Counted from the first letter of the stretch, positions 52,014 to 61,361 are shown. The stretch is DNA of 64,000 nucleotides from an uncultured archaeon (GCA_963830445.1 CAWHMC010000013.1:17242-81241), one strand, 5' to 3'. A program made the numbers and translations. Notes: generated by a model from the sequence alone, not told the origin.

Positions 52014-52445
52014 CTAATAACCTATTTCACGCTGTGTTGCTCCCTGAGACAGTGCTTCGGGAGACCTAGTTCCTGCGCGTCGATGGAGTCTGAGTACAGA
52101 ACCTAGATCCACGCCGAACTCTTTTGTGTGGGCTATTGCGGAGATCTCGGCAGCCTGCAGCACTGTTCTCTTGTTTACGGGTATTTTGAGCAACTCGTCT
52201 AGACGCTCATTTGCCGTAACATATGTCTTTTCAGGCTTTGCTAGTACTGTTCCCTGGGGTTTTCCTGCTGCAGGGATAACTTTCCTGTAGAGCCTGACAA
52301 ATAAATTCTGTCTTTCTGTGTTCGCTTGCACTCCCTCTGCTGGAGCTATTGTTTTTGTTCCCATCTTCTTCACGTTCTTTTTCGTTATAACTGAGTTATG
52401 GGAATTCAGCTTTATTAACCTTCTGTGCGAAAACGCCCCGTCCAA
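52014..52445 (-). CDS. Hypothetical protein
   Basis: 143-aa ORF in a lower-GC patch. The internal ATG (MGTKTIAP) is a possible true start. No motif recognised. Confidence 0.35.
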   Translation of the reverse strand: MDGAFSHRRLIKLNSHNSVITKKNVKKMGTKTIAPAEGVQANTERQNLFVRLYRKVIPAAGKPQGTVLAKPEKTYVTANERLDELLKIPVNKRTVLQAAEISAIAHTKEFGVDLGSVLRLHRRAGTRSPEALSQGATQREIGY

Positions 52446-52557
52446 TATAAAAGCACGCAGAAGTAAGTTTTATATATTAATCTGGGTTAAATAATAGCAC
52501 GCAAAGCTGGAGACACACGCAGATTTAAATCTTACTGGGTCATATATAAGAGAAACT

Positions 52558-52687
52558 GCCAGGGTGGCAGAATCCGGTAACGCGTACGCCTGGAAAACCA
52601 GAACCTGTCAGCGTATGGCTCTTTGAGCCTTCTGGGTTCAAAAAAAGCCCCTTGAGAAAGAGGTCTCTGAAAATCCCAGCCCTGGCG
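52558..52687 (+). tRNA. tRNA-Ser (anticodon GGA) with two introns: canonical 37/38 (about 52596-52609) and T-loop 59/60 (about 52643-52673)
   Basis: Acceptor GCCAGGG/CCCTGGC. Anticodon stem TACGC/GCGTA encloses 21 nt (CTGGAA+14 nt+A). Long variable arm GGCTC-TTT-GAGCC. T stem CTGGG/CCCAG encloses 38 nt instead of 7 (TTCAAA...31 nt...T). The spliced length would be 85 nt. Confidence 0.8.
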
Positions 52688-52712
52688 TTTTACACTTAGG
52701 AAAGTTGAATCG

Positions 52713-53315
52713 ATGGATGCGAAGAATGCAAAGGCAGAGAGCATAATCAGAATGTCCGGACGGGACATCAACGGCAGTCTCAACATCGTCCGCGGCGTGA
52801 TGCAGATCAAGGGCATCGGCTGGAACCTGGCCAACGCCATAGCTACGTGCTACGAGGCCAAGTACGGGATCTCCGAGAACACGAAGATCGGCACGCTGGA
52901 GGATGCGCAGATCGCCCAGCTCGAGGCGATAATCAAGGAGCCCGCCAAGGCGGGAGTGCCATTATACATGCTTAACAGGAGGAAGGACGCCGAGACGGGA
53001 GCGGACATGCACGTCGTCGGCACCGACCTCATAGTCAAGGTGCGCCAGGACATCGACATGGGCATAAAGATGCAGACCTGGATAGGATCGAGGCACCAGT
53101 ACGGCCAGCGCGTACGCGGACAGCGCACACGCTCGACCGGCAGGACAGGCACCACCGTGGGCGTCATGAAGAAGTCGGCCATAGCGCCTGGAGCAGCTGC
53201 GGCAGCCGAGGAGAAGGGCAAGTCCGGAAGCCCAGGAAAGCCGGGAGCAGCGAAGCCGGCGGCGGGGGCAAAGCCAGAGGCAGCCGCACCAGCAGCAGCG
53301 CCAGCGGCAAAGTGA
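52713..53315 (+). CDS. rps13: 30S ribosomal protein uS13 with Ala/Pro/Lys-rich C-terminal extension
   Basis: RMSGRDINGSLNIVRGVMQIKGIGWNLANAI...WIGSRHQYGQRVRGQRTRSTGRTG, then about 45 low-complexity residues. Confidence 0.9.
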   Translation: MDAKNAKAESIIRMSGRDINGSLNIVRGVMQIKGIGWNLANAIATCYEAKYGISENTKIGTLEDAQIAQLEAIIKEPAKAGVPLYMLNRRKDAETGADMHVVGTDLIVKVRQDIDMGIKMQTWIGSRHQYGQRVRGQRTRSTGRTGTTVGVMKKSAIAPGAAAAAEEKGKSGSPGKPGAAKPAAGAKPEAAAPAAAPAAK

Positions 53316-53322
53316 TGATTGA

Positions 53323-53880
53323 ATGGGAGCACCAAAGCGAAACAGGAAAAAGTATGAGCGCCCATCAGCGATGTGGAACAAGAAGCGCATCGAGGAGGAG
53401 CACAAGCTCAAGGCCGACTACGGCCTCAAGAACCTGCGCGAGCTTTGGATAGCGACCAGCGAGATAAGAAGGATAAGGCGGAACGTCCGCGAAGTGCTCT
53501 CCGGAAAGGTGAGCGACGACGTGGGCAGGGACGTGATAGCGCGGCTCGCCCGCCAGAGCATAGTGGGCGAGAGCGCAATACTTGATGATCTTCTACTCAT
53601 AAAGCCGGAGGCGATACTGGAACGCAGGCTGCAGACCGTAGTCTACAGGAAGGGTCTTGCAAAGACCCTCGCCCAGTCGCGCCAGCTGATCACCCACGGA
53701 TTCATCTCCATCAACGGGCAGCGCACCAAGTCGCCAGGATACCTGGTGAAGAAACTCGAGGAGAGCGGGATCTCATACTACAAACCGATAACCATAGAGC
53801 AGACTCCGGTTCCGCCGGCTGCGCCTCAGGCGGCAGCGGCTCCCGTGGCTGAACCTGCGGCAGAACCCAAGGGCGAATAA
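53323..53880 (+). CDS. rps4: 30S ribosomal protein uS4
   Basis: [25 protein letters not shown], the S4 domain [34 protein letters not shown], and a Pro/Ala-rich tail. Confidence 0.9.
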   Translation: MGAPKRNRKKYERPSAMWNKKRIEEEHKLKADYGLKNLRELWIATSEIRRIRRNVREVLSGKVSDDVGRDVIARLARQSIVGESAILDDLLLIKPEAILERRLQTVVYRKGLAKTLAQSRQLITHGFISINGQRTKSPGYLVKKLEESGISYYKPITIEQTPVPPAAPQAAAAPVAEPAAEPKGE

Positions 53881-53882
53881 TC

Positions 53883-54407
53883 ATGGCTAAACAAAAGGGC
53901 ACATCCAAACCAGTCAAGGAAGTCAAGAAGGGAGAGAAGGCAGGGGAGCAGCAGCAGGCGAAGAAGGGAGACGTTTCCTACGAGACAGAGGTAATCGCGG
54001 CGCAGGAGAAGTACAAGCAGAAGGGCATCCGATGGGGCGTCGCTCATATCTATTCATCTAAGAACAACACGATAATCACGCTTACGGATCTTTCAGGGGC
54101 AGAGACCATCGCCATAGGCAGCGGCGGGATGGTGGTCGACACGGACCACGAGGAAGGCTCTCCCTACGCGGCGACCCAGGCGGCCTACAAGGTCTCGGCA
54201 ACGGCCATTGAGAAGGGAGTCACGCACATCAACATCAAGATACGCGCGCCGGGCGGACACAACTCCAAGACACCGGGCCACGGGGCCCAGGCGGTGGTCA
54301 GGGCGCTCGCAAGGTCAGGCTTCAGGATAGGCAGCATAGAGGACGTCACTCCGATACCGACGGACACGACCAAGAGGGCCGGCGGACGAAGAGGACGCAG
54401 AGTGTAA
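53883..54407 (+). CDS. rps11: 30S ribosomal protein uS11 with Lys-rich N-terminal extension
   Basis: [27 protein letters not shown]...[14 protein letters not shown]...[26 protein letters not shown]. Confidence 0.9.
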   Translation: MAKQKGTSKPVKEVKKGEKAGEQQQAKKGDVSYETEVIAAQEKYKQKGIRWGVAHIYSSKNNTIITLTDLSGAETIAIGSGGMVVDTDHEEGSPYAATQAAYKVSATAIEKGVTHINIKIRAPGGHNSKTPGHGAQAVVRALARSGFRIGSIEDVTPIPTDTTKRAGGRRGRRV

Positions 54408-54452
54408 CTCTTCTTTTTATTCTTTTCATGCACTTAGTGTAACGGCGTTACA

Positions 54453-54914
54453 GTGAAGAAGACTGAGAAGACCAGGATAGTTATTCTGTCAGTAGTTGTA
54501 CTGGCAGTCATCGCATTTCTTGCTTACATGTACAGCGTGAACCTGCTCCCGCTCGGAGCCTATTATCAGAAGGGCTCGATAACGATATCCAATGGCACCG
54601 CTTCGCTGAACAGGAGCGTCTGGCTCGCAGAGTCACAGACGCAGTTGACAACGGGGATGATGTGGAGGCAGGATTTCGGAGGCGCCTACGGGATGCTCTT
54701 CGTGTTTCCCGCGCAACAGCCGCTCTGCTTCTGGATGGAGAACACGGTCATACCTCTGGAGCAGGCGTGGATAAACGGTTCCGGATACGTCACAGCGGTT
54801 TACGAAGCGCCGGCCCTGAACACGACGCCGATTTGCGCTCCGGGTAAATATGTACTCGAGCTGCCTGCAAACGCCAGCCTCTCGGTGGGTTCCAGGATCG
54901 TGCTCAGTAGATAA
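54453..54914 (+). CDS. DUF192-family protein with N-terminal membrane anchor
   Basis: TTGMMWRQDFGGAYGMLFVFPAQQPLCFWMENTVIPLEQAWI matches the DUF192 core pattern (GLM...GMLF...FWMxNTxxPLD) as I recall it. Confidence 0.55.
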   Translation: MKKTEKTRIVILSVVVLAVIAFLAYMYSVNLLPLGAYYQKGSITISNGTASLNRSVWLAESQTQLTTGMMWRQDFGGAYGMLFVFPAQQPLCFWMENTVIPLEQAWINGSGYVTAVYEAPALNTTPICAPGKYVLELPANASLSVGSRIVLSR

Positions 54915-55836
54915 GGCGAAGCGCGACAGTCAGTATGAGAGAGACGGCCAGGTTATCGTCTATCTGTAGCGGAAGGCTCTCGGCCAGTGCGGCGAGTATG
55001 GCCATGGGCACCGAGACAATGCCTATTACCGGGTAGGCGATTATCAGAACGCACGCAGCATAGGTAAAAGTCCCAGCTATGCTCTTCTTCTTGTTGTAGG
55101 GCATCCTGGTCTTCCCGTATCGGATTCCCACAATTGTGGAGAGCGAGTCTGCTATGAATATGGCCGCGAATACGACGATAACCAGATTTGAGTTGAGGAA
55201 CGCGGCTGCGAAGAGCGTGCCTATGCCCAGCCATGCGGCTCCATGGCCCAATTCGGAGCCCTCGCGCTCCATTTTGGAAAACGTCCGGTGCAGGGCGCCC
55301 TTTGGATGGTTGAGCGCATAGCTCCCAACGGCAATTCCCAGGAGGAAAGCGAACAACAGCAGGAGGGCAGCTACCTCAAGTGGAAGGAAGAAGAAGAGAC
55401 CTATCGCGATGATGCCGAGACCGATCTGGAACAGGTTGCGGGGCAGTTCGGTGCGCAGTTTCGTCTTTCCTTTCCTGACTGCGCGGCTAAAGATCAGATA
55501 ATTGCGCGGGGCGCTGAGAACGCCGATTACAGCCGATTGCAGGACAAGCGAGATGTTTAGATTGTTCACTGCAAGAGCCACCAGCAGGTAGTAAATACCA
55601 AGCAGGAGGTAGAGCTTGCAGCGCCGCTCCCCGTAGGAGTTGAAGATGGCATTGAATATCACCAGGCCGCAGATCAGCACAGGGCTAAGCGCGCCCTCCC
55701 TCCAGAAGATGAGCGCCGCTGCAGCTGCGAAAGCGGCAAGCAGGAACAGCTCTCCCTTCCTCACCCTGGATCTGAAAATCTGATAGGCGAAGGTCAGCAG
55801 GGCAAAGGCGTAAAGCAGTAGGGAGGTGTAGTCCAT
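54904..55836 (-). CDS. Dolichol kinase / CdsA-family cytidylyltransferase-like membrane protein
   Basis: Polytopic. The C-terminal FIADSLSTIVGIRYGKTRMPYNKKKSIAGTFTY is the CTP-transferase family signature region. Start trimmed to ATG 55836. Confidence 0.55.
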   Translation of the reverse strand: MDYTSLLLYAFALLTFAYQIFRSRVRKGELFLLAAFAAAAALIFWREGALSPVLICGLVIFNAIFNSYGERRCKLYLLLGIYYLLVALAVNNLNISLVLQSAVIGVLSAPRNYLIFSRAVRKGKTKLRTELPRNLFQIGLGIIAIGLFFFLPLEVAALLLLFAFLLGIAVGSYALNHPKGALHRTFSKMEREGSELGHGAAWLGIGTLFAAAFLNSNLVIVVFAAIFIADSLSTIVGIRYGKTRMPYNKKKSIAGTFTYAACVLIIAYPVIGIVSVPMAILAALAESLPLQIDDNLAVSLILTVALRLIY

Positions 55837-55840
55837 GCTC

Positions 55841-57679
55841 TCACACGATATATATTGCGCATACGGCGAGGATGAAGAACGCGGCAATCAGCAACGGAAG
55901 GCGTTTCTTGCCCAGGTGTATGATGTCCCTGCTCACCTTGGTCACCGTGTCCTCGGAGCCGTGGCCCCACACCTTGAAGTCCTTCAGCATGAAGAGAGAG
56001 TAGCTGGCGCGTACGGGCCCTGTACTCTTTACTGCCTTGCCCAGTAGCAGATCAAGTGCGGGCAGTATCATGGCGGGCGTGGTCTCCCTTCCAAGCACAT
56101 TTGCAGCGGATAGGGAGAGGGTGTTGACCGCATGCGTGTCTGTGGTGCAGACCTCGGCATCCATCCCGTATTTGCTCTTTATGTGCGAGAGTATTGACTT
56201 TCGGAAGCTGGGGAGGAGGTTGTTGGAGTCGAAGTAGACTATGCAGAAGCTTCGCGAGCCAAACCTGAAGATGGCAACGCTAAGAGGGCCCTTGCCCAGG
56301 TCCTTCCGGTGGATTGAACTGCTTGGAGTAGAAGAGGCGGACCCGAAGTTCAGCTGCAGTGGGGGGCGTTTGGAGAGCTCCTTCATCGCAGAATGTATCG
56401 CGCGCTCGTACAGTTTGACGTACTTGCTGCCAGGATAGACGCCGCGGAGCTCGTCGTCGGAAGCGGACTCGAAGCGCGTATTGTGCGCATCGAGGAGTAT
56501 CACGTTCTTCACGTACCTGCGCGCGACTCCGGCAAGATACCTTCCAACCTCGCGGTCGAGATCCTCGGTGACCCTCGGCGCCTTTGTTAGCATGATCATG
56601 CATAGGTCGTTTATCTTTATGGCTATGGCGCGGCAGGGGCCCGCCTGGCCTATTGCAAAGGCTCCCTTCGCTTCCGAGAAGGAGCTGCCCGGCAGCGAAT
56701 TAAGCCGGGATAGAACCGACCTGGAGAGCTTAGGGATCTGGTTGGCGCTTATGGGATTATCCTCCAGGTTCACCCCGCCGTGGAGCACGAACGGCGTTGC
56801 GCCCGCCTTCGCGAGCTCTGCTCCCAGATGCTCGGTGGTGCCTGCGCCTCCGACCCCCGCGATCGGCCCATAATGTATCTCAGGCTTGACGAACACCGCA
56901 CGGTCCGTCCTCCCTTTCTGCAGCACAAGAAGTTCAACGGGCACATCGCGCTCGATCCCCGAGTCCTTGAGTATGTCGTTGTCGTGGACCACGTCGTACA
57001 GCCACTGGTTGATCATCGCGCCCATCAGCTCCACGCCGCTGAAGTTCAGCTCGCGCTTCGAGGGCCTGTCCATCACATATAGGATGGAATAACCGCACAC
57101 GAGGAAGACGAGCATCGCTGCCCAGAGCTTGATCAGCACCAGGTTGAGAGGGAGCTGGATGGAGAGCAGGTAGCCGCTCGCCGGCAGATAGAGCAGGATG
57201 TTGAGCAGAGGCTGGATTGCGGCTGTGACCACGGGGCTCTTGCGATGGTTGAACACCACCCGGCTGATCATGAACCAGTAGCCGTAGATGAAGCCGTTGG
57301 CGAGCAGGAAGACTATGTACACGAGCACATAGCTCTGGGTGAAGCGGAAGATTACTGCATCAGCAATGAGAAAGAGGGAGTAGGCGATGGAGACGGCGAT
57401 GACCCCTACGAAGGCGTGGCGCAGCTTGAGCCTACGGTTCATCACCTTGATCAGGATCGCAGTCAGCATCGCCGGCAGCGCGACCATTACGATGCCGGCG
57501 CTGGCTCCGTACAGGGCTATCGAATAAGGGCTTGAACTCATGAAGCTCAGGATCAGCTCCGCGAGAATGCCCGTTGCGGCGCCCAGAAGCAGCAGAATGA
57601 GCGCGAGGTAGGGAGCCCGCGGCATCTCTAGGCCAAAGTATTTGGTAAAGTGCGTAATGTCCCTTTTTCCGTCGGGCAT
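55841..57679 (-). CDS. Large membrane protein: N-terminal polytopic region plus C-terminal soluble domain (possibly DUF2070-type)
   Basis: About 7 hydrophobic segments in the first 230 aa, a soluble region of about 330 aa, and a final TM. The family name comes from memory of the architecture only. Confidence 0.5.
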   Translation of the reverse strand: MPDGKRDITHFTKYFGLEMPRAPYLALILLLLGAATGILAELILSFMSSSPYSIALYGASAGIVMVALPAMLTAILIKVMNRRLKLRHAFVGVIAVSIAYSLFLIADAVIFRFTQSYVLVYIVFLLANGFIYGYWFMISRVVFNHRKSPVVTAAIQPLLNILLYLPASGYLLSIQLPLNLVLIKLWAAMLVFLVCGYSILYVMDRPSKRELNFSGVELMGAMINQWLYDVVHDNDILKDSGIERDVPVELLVLQKGRTDRAVFVKPEIHYGPIAGVGGAGTTEHLGAELAKAGATPFVLHGGVNLEDNPISANQIPKLSRSVLSRLNSLPGSSFSEAKGAFAIGQAGPCRAIAIKINDLCMIMLTKAPRVTEDLDREVGRYLAGVARRYVKNVILLDAHNTRFESASDDELRGVYPGSKYVKLYERAIHSAMKELSKRPPLQLNFGSASSTPSSSIHRKDLGKGPLSVAIFRFGSRSFCIVYFDSNNLLPSFRKSILSHIKSKYGMDAEVCTTDTHAVNTLSLSAANVLGRETTPAMILPALDLLLGKAVKSTGPVRASYSLFMLKDFKVWGHGSEDTVTKVSRDIIHLGKKRLPLLIAAFFILAVCAIYIV

Positions 57680-57689
57680 GGAAACACGC

Positions 57690-58388
57690 TTATCGGCCGA
57701 ACCTGCGCTGCCTGCGGTTGTAGTCCAGCAGCGCGGCGTGGAGGTCCTTCTCGGTGAAGTCCGGCCACAGCTTCTTCGAGAAGTAGAGCTCGGAGTACGC
57801 AGTCTGCCAGGGCATGAAGCCGGAGAGGCGGTGCTCGCCGGAGGTGCGTATTATGAAGTCTATCTCGGGCAGGCCGCTCGAGATGAGCAGCTTGCGGAAC
57901 ATCGCCTCGTTTATGGATGAGGCGCTCTTCACCGTGGTGACGGCGCGCTTCACCGCGTTAAGTATGTCGTCCTTGCCCCCGTAGCCTATGAGCATGTTGA
58001 TCACCCGGTCCTTGTAGCACCTGGTCTCCTGCTCCACCTTGTTCAGGGCCAGCAGAAGGTCCCTGGGCAGCAGCCGCTTGTTGCCAACTATGCGCAGGCG
58101 GGTCTGGTTCTTGTGGAGGCGGGCGAGGATCTTCTTGTCGTTCGCCACCTTCCTGTAGATGCTGAACAGCGCCTTCACCTCCTTCGGGTCCCGGGAGAAG
58201 TTCTCCGTGGAGAACGCCCAGACGGAGATGCTGTTGATCCCGTAGGCCCTGCACCACTCGCTGAAGGAGATGAACTTCTTCACCCCCAGGTCGTAGCCGT
58301 TGAGTATGGAGAGCGCGTGAGCGCTGGCCCATCGGCGGTTCCCGTCAGGTATCAACGCTATGGTGCGTGGGAGATTTTTTATAGGCAT
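57690..58388 (-). CDS. uppS: cis-Prenyltransferase (undecaprenyl/dolichyl diphosphate synthase)
   Basis: IALIPDGNRRWA, WAFSTENFSR and IRTSGEHRLSGFMPWQTAYSELYF. Confidence 0.9.
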   Translation of the reverse strand: MPIKNLPRTIALIPDGNRRWASAHALSILNGYDLGVKKFISFSEWCRAYGINSISVWAFSTENFSRDPKEVKALFSIYRKVANDKKILARLHKNQTRLRIVGNKRLLPRDLLLALNKVEQETRCYKDRVINMLIGYGGKDDILNAVKRAVTTVKSASSINEAMFRKLLISSGLPEIDFIIRTSGEHRLSGFMPWQTAYSELYFSKKLWPDFTEKDLHAALLDYNRRQRRFGR

Positions 58389-58459
58389 AGAAATCCAACT
58401 TGTATTGGCTCTAAAATATATTAATATGTAAGGTATATATAGCTTGATTAGTTGAGAGT

Positions 58460-59002
58460 ATGACCTCGCAAACTGAGAACCAGAACCTGGAGCTGATACG
58501 CAAGAGCATACGCGACATACCCAATTATCCGAAGGCGGGAATCCTATTCAAGGACATCACCCCCCTGCTGAAAGACAAGGCCGCATTCAAAGCCTGCATC
58601 GACGAGATTATAAAGTCGGTCTCTGCGGTGCCGTTCGATTACGTGCTGGGTGTGGAGTCGCGGGGCTTCATACTAGGAGGAGCAGTGGCCTACAGGCTCG
58701 GCAAGGGCTTCGTCCCGGCGAGGAAGAAGGGCAAGCTTCCCTACAAGACCGTCTCCCAGGAGTACGCGCTGGAATATGGCACTGCCACGCTGGAGATGCA
58801 CACCGACGCTCTGGAGAAGGGGAGCAAGGTCCTGATCGTTGATGATCTGCTGGCCACCGGAGGCACGGTGGGCGCGACAGCCAAGCTCGTGGAACAGCTT
58901 GGAGGAGTGGTCACGGGTATCTCATTCGTCGTTGAATTGGAGTTTCTAAAGGGGAGAGAGAAACTAAAGGACTACAAGATTATCTCGTTGCTCAAGTACT
59001 AA
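58460..59002 (+). CDS. apt: Adenine phosphoribosyltransferase
   Basis: IPNYPKAGILFKDITPLL and the PRPP loop VLIVDDLLATGGT. Confidence 0.9.
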   Translation: MTSQTENQNLELIRKSIRDIPNYPKAGILFKDITPLLKDKAAFKACIDEIIKSVSAVPFDYVLGVESRGFILGGAVAYRLGKGFVPARKKGKLPYKTVSQEYALEYGTATLEMHTDALEKGSKVLIVDDLLATGGTVGATAKLVEQLGGVVTGISFVVELEFLKGREKLKDYKIISLLKY

Positions 59003-59081
59003 GTATACGTCGTAAAAAGCCGCTGTGACGCTGAAGGTCTAACTTTATATATCTAGGCTATTGAGTTATACTCGTGAATGA

Positions 59082-59753
59082 ATGCATGCTGCAGTAACCC
59101 GGCCTCGTGGGCTCCATGAACTCAAGCGACATGCGGCCGAGACTCAGGACTTTAGTTCGCTCAAGGAGAGACTGAAGGCACTCCAGATAGATACGCGGGA
59201 GCAGCATGAAAGAGTGACAACCTACCTGCTTCGCCCGGTTCAGGCGCGCGCAGATTACGAATTGGTTGTAAGCATAGAGAAGGGCAGGATGGAAGGACTG
59301 CACCCATATATAGAAGGTGAGGACATAAGGCTGCCTCCGCAGGATATAGAGGCCCTGATTTATGTGCCTCCGCCACTTATGGAATTGGAGTATAAAGTGG
59401 AGAGAAAGGAGCTGGAGGGAGACGAGAGACACAAAAGGATTAAGCTATTCTCGGGGGACGATTTAAACGTATTAATGTGGCTAGGGGGCAGTATTTCCAA
59501 GGAACAACTCGAGTCATTCCGACGTGTCCTGTTCCCAGCGGATCCTGACCGTAAGCTGGAGATGCTGCTTAACGATTCCAAATACAGACATGCTGCATTG
59601 CAGTACTCCGGTGAGTTCCTGCAGCAGTGCAAATTCCAGAATGACAGGGACCTGGGCAGACACGGCCTCAGGCCCCAGGATAGGGCCATGAACCGGCTTG
59701 CGGATGAACTAATGCATATGTATGCTACGGAGATGGGCGTAACGCTCCGATAA
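59082..59753 (+). CDS. Hypothetical protein, abutting dys
   Basis: 223-aa ORF whose TAA is immediately followed by the dys ATG. No motif recognised. Confidence 0.45.
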   Translation: MHAAVTRPRGLHELKRHAAETQDFSSLKERLKALQIDTREQHERVTTYLLRPVQARADYELVVSIEKGRMEGLHPYIEGEDIRLPPQDIEALIYVPPPLMELEYKVERKELEGDERHKRIKLFSGDDLNVLMWLGGSISKEQLESFRRVLFPADPDRKLEMLLNDSKYRHAALQYSGEFLQQCKFQNDRDLGRHGLRPQDRAMNRLADELMHMYATEMGVTLR

Positions 59754-60764
59754 ATGAGTGATTTTATCAAGAAAATAGACCCTAGAAAGGCGTTATTCAA
59801 GAAAAGCGTAGAGCTCGGCGAAGGCAAGATACGGGGCTACGACTTCGAGAAGCCGTTCAATGCTGAGGCGTTCTTTGAAGCCTACAAGGACACTGGATTC
59901 CAGGCCACGAACCTGGCGCGGGCGATAGAGCTGGTAAAGGCCATGCAGAAGGAGAAGGCCACGATATTCCTAGGATTCACTTCCAACATCACCACCAGCG
60001 GGCTGCGCGACATAATAACGTATCTAGTTAGGCATAGGCTCGTGCACTTCCTCGTGACAACGACCGGCGGGCTCGAGGAGGACCTAATAAAGACCCATGG
60101 GAAGTTCCTCCATGGCTCGTTCGAGGCCAACGGAGCGCATCTGCGGGAGAATGGAGTGAACAGGAGCGGCAACATCTTCGTCCCGAATGAGAGGTACATC
60201 TGGTTCGAGGGCTTCATGAAAGGGTTGCTAGCAGATATTTACAAGACCCAGAAGAAGACAGGCAGGATCTGCGACAGCGTGCAACTGGTGCGCGAGATGG
60301 GCAGGGCGCTTGAGGGCAGCAAGAATTGCGAGGAGAGCTTCACCTGCTGGGCCTACAGGAACAAGATCCCGCTGCTGTGTGTACCCCTGGCCGATGGAGC
60401 CATAGGCGATCATCTTTATTTCTTCAGGAAGGAGCATCCAGACTTTGGCGTTGAGCTCGCGAAGGAGGTCGAGCTCCTCTACGACACGGTTCTGAATGCT
60501 GACAAGACCGGCGCGATAATACTTGGGGGCTCGGTACCGAAGCACCATATAATGAACGCCATGATGCTTAGGGAAGGCTCCAATTACACCGTGTACATCA
60601 ACACCGGAAATGAGGGAGACGGCAGCAACGCAGGGGCAAGCCCAGAGGAAGCGAAGAGCTGGGGCAAGGCCTCTCCCGACGAGAATAACGTGAAGGTTTG
60701 GGGGGAGGCGACGATAATATTCCCGATATTGGTAGCCGCGGGATTCAAACTTCGTTCAGAGTAG
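59754..60764 (+). CDS. dys: Deoxyhypusine synthase
   Basis: IFLGFTSNITTSGLRDII...VTTTGGLEEDLIK...GNIFVPNERY...ILGGSVPKHH...DGSNAGASPEEAKSWGK. Confidence 0.9.
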   Translation: MSDFIKKIDPRKALFKKSVELGEGKIRGYDFEKPFNAEAFFEAYKDTGFQATNLARAIELVKAMQKEKATIFLGFTSNITTSGLRDIITYLVRHRLVHFLVTTTGGLEEDLIKTHGKFLHGSFEANGAHLRENGVNRSGNIFVPNERYIWFEGFMKGLLADIYKTQKKTGRICDSVQLVREMGRALEGSKNCEESFTCWAYRNKIPLLCVPLADGAIGDHLYFFRKEHPDFGVELAKEVELLYDTVLNADKTGAIILGGSVPKHHIMNAMMLREGSNYTVYINTGNEGDGSNAGASPEEAKSWGKASPDENNVKVWGEATIIFPILVAAGFKLRSE

Positions 60765-61361
60765 CTTCAGAACGTCGTATCCTGTGATTATCCCTATTGC
60801 CTTCGTCTTGTCTACAACCAGAACTGCGCCGAATATCTCCAGTATGTGCTTTAGCGCAGAGACGGGCGTGTCCTTGTCCACCTTCGGCAGCGCCGGCTCG
60901 ACTATGCTGTCCACCTTTATCCGCGAAAGCTCGGTTGGTTTGTTGGTAGCCAGCTCGAGAAGACTTTTTTGGTATACTGTGCCATCGACGATTCCACTCC
61001 GGTTTAGCACCGGTATGTATGCGAAGTCGTAGTGCCTTATTATGCTTATGGCCTTGTCTACCGTGTCTCCGTGATTTAGGAAGATCACGTTGCGGTGCAT
61101 TATCTCGTGCGCCTTCTTGTAGAGCAACTTCGCTCGATGGGCAAGCTCGCTCGATTCGGCGAGCTTCTGCATTACAGTATAAACGGCACCGTAGCTAGGG
61201 TTCAGTTTCTCTATGTCGCTTTCCAACCTTGCGACCATGCTCTGGCTCATCCCGCAGGCCTTTGCCAAAGTCGCTTGGCTTATTCCGATTGAACGACGTC
61301 TGTTTCGTATTGTGCTCGATATTGAAGAGAGTCCCTCCAGGTCGTTTTCCATAATTACCAA
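60756..61361 (-). CDS. XRE-type HTH regulator with CBS domain pair
   Basis: IRNRRRSIGISQATLAKACGMSQSMVARLES is the HTH, followed by two CBS-like repeats (IMHRNVIFLNHGDTVDKAI..., VEPALPKVDKDTPVSAL...). Confidence 0.8.
   Translation of the reverse strand: MVIMENDLEGLSSISSTIRNRRRSIGISQATLAKACGMSQSMVARLESDIEKLNPSYGAVYTVMQKLAESSELAHRAKLLYKKAHEIMHRNVIFLNHGDTVDKAISIIRHYDFAYIPVLNRSGIVDGTVYQKSLLELATNKPTELSRIKVDSIVEPALPKVDKDTPVSALKHILEIFGAVLVVDKTKAIGIITGYDVLKLL

Noticed and set aside
52532-52840. 102-aa minus-strand ORF, and 21421-21651 near tRNA-Pro
   Set aside because: They overlap tRNA genes and the rps13 start. No coding signal is present.
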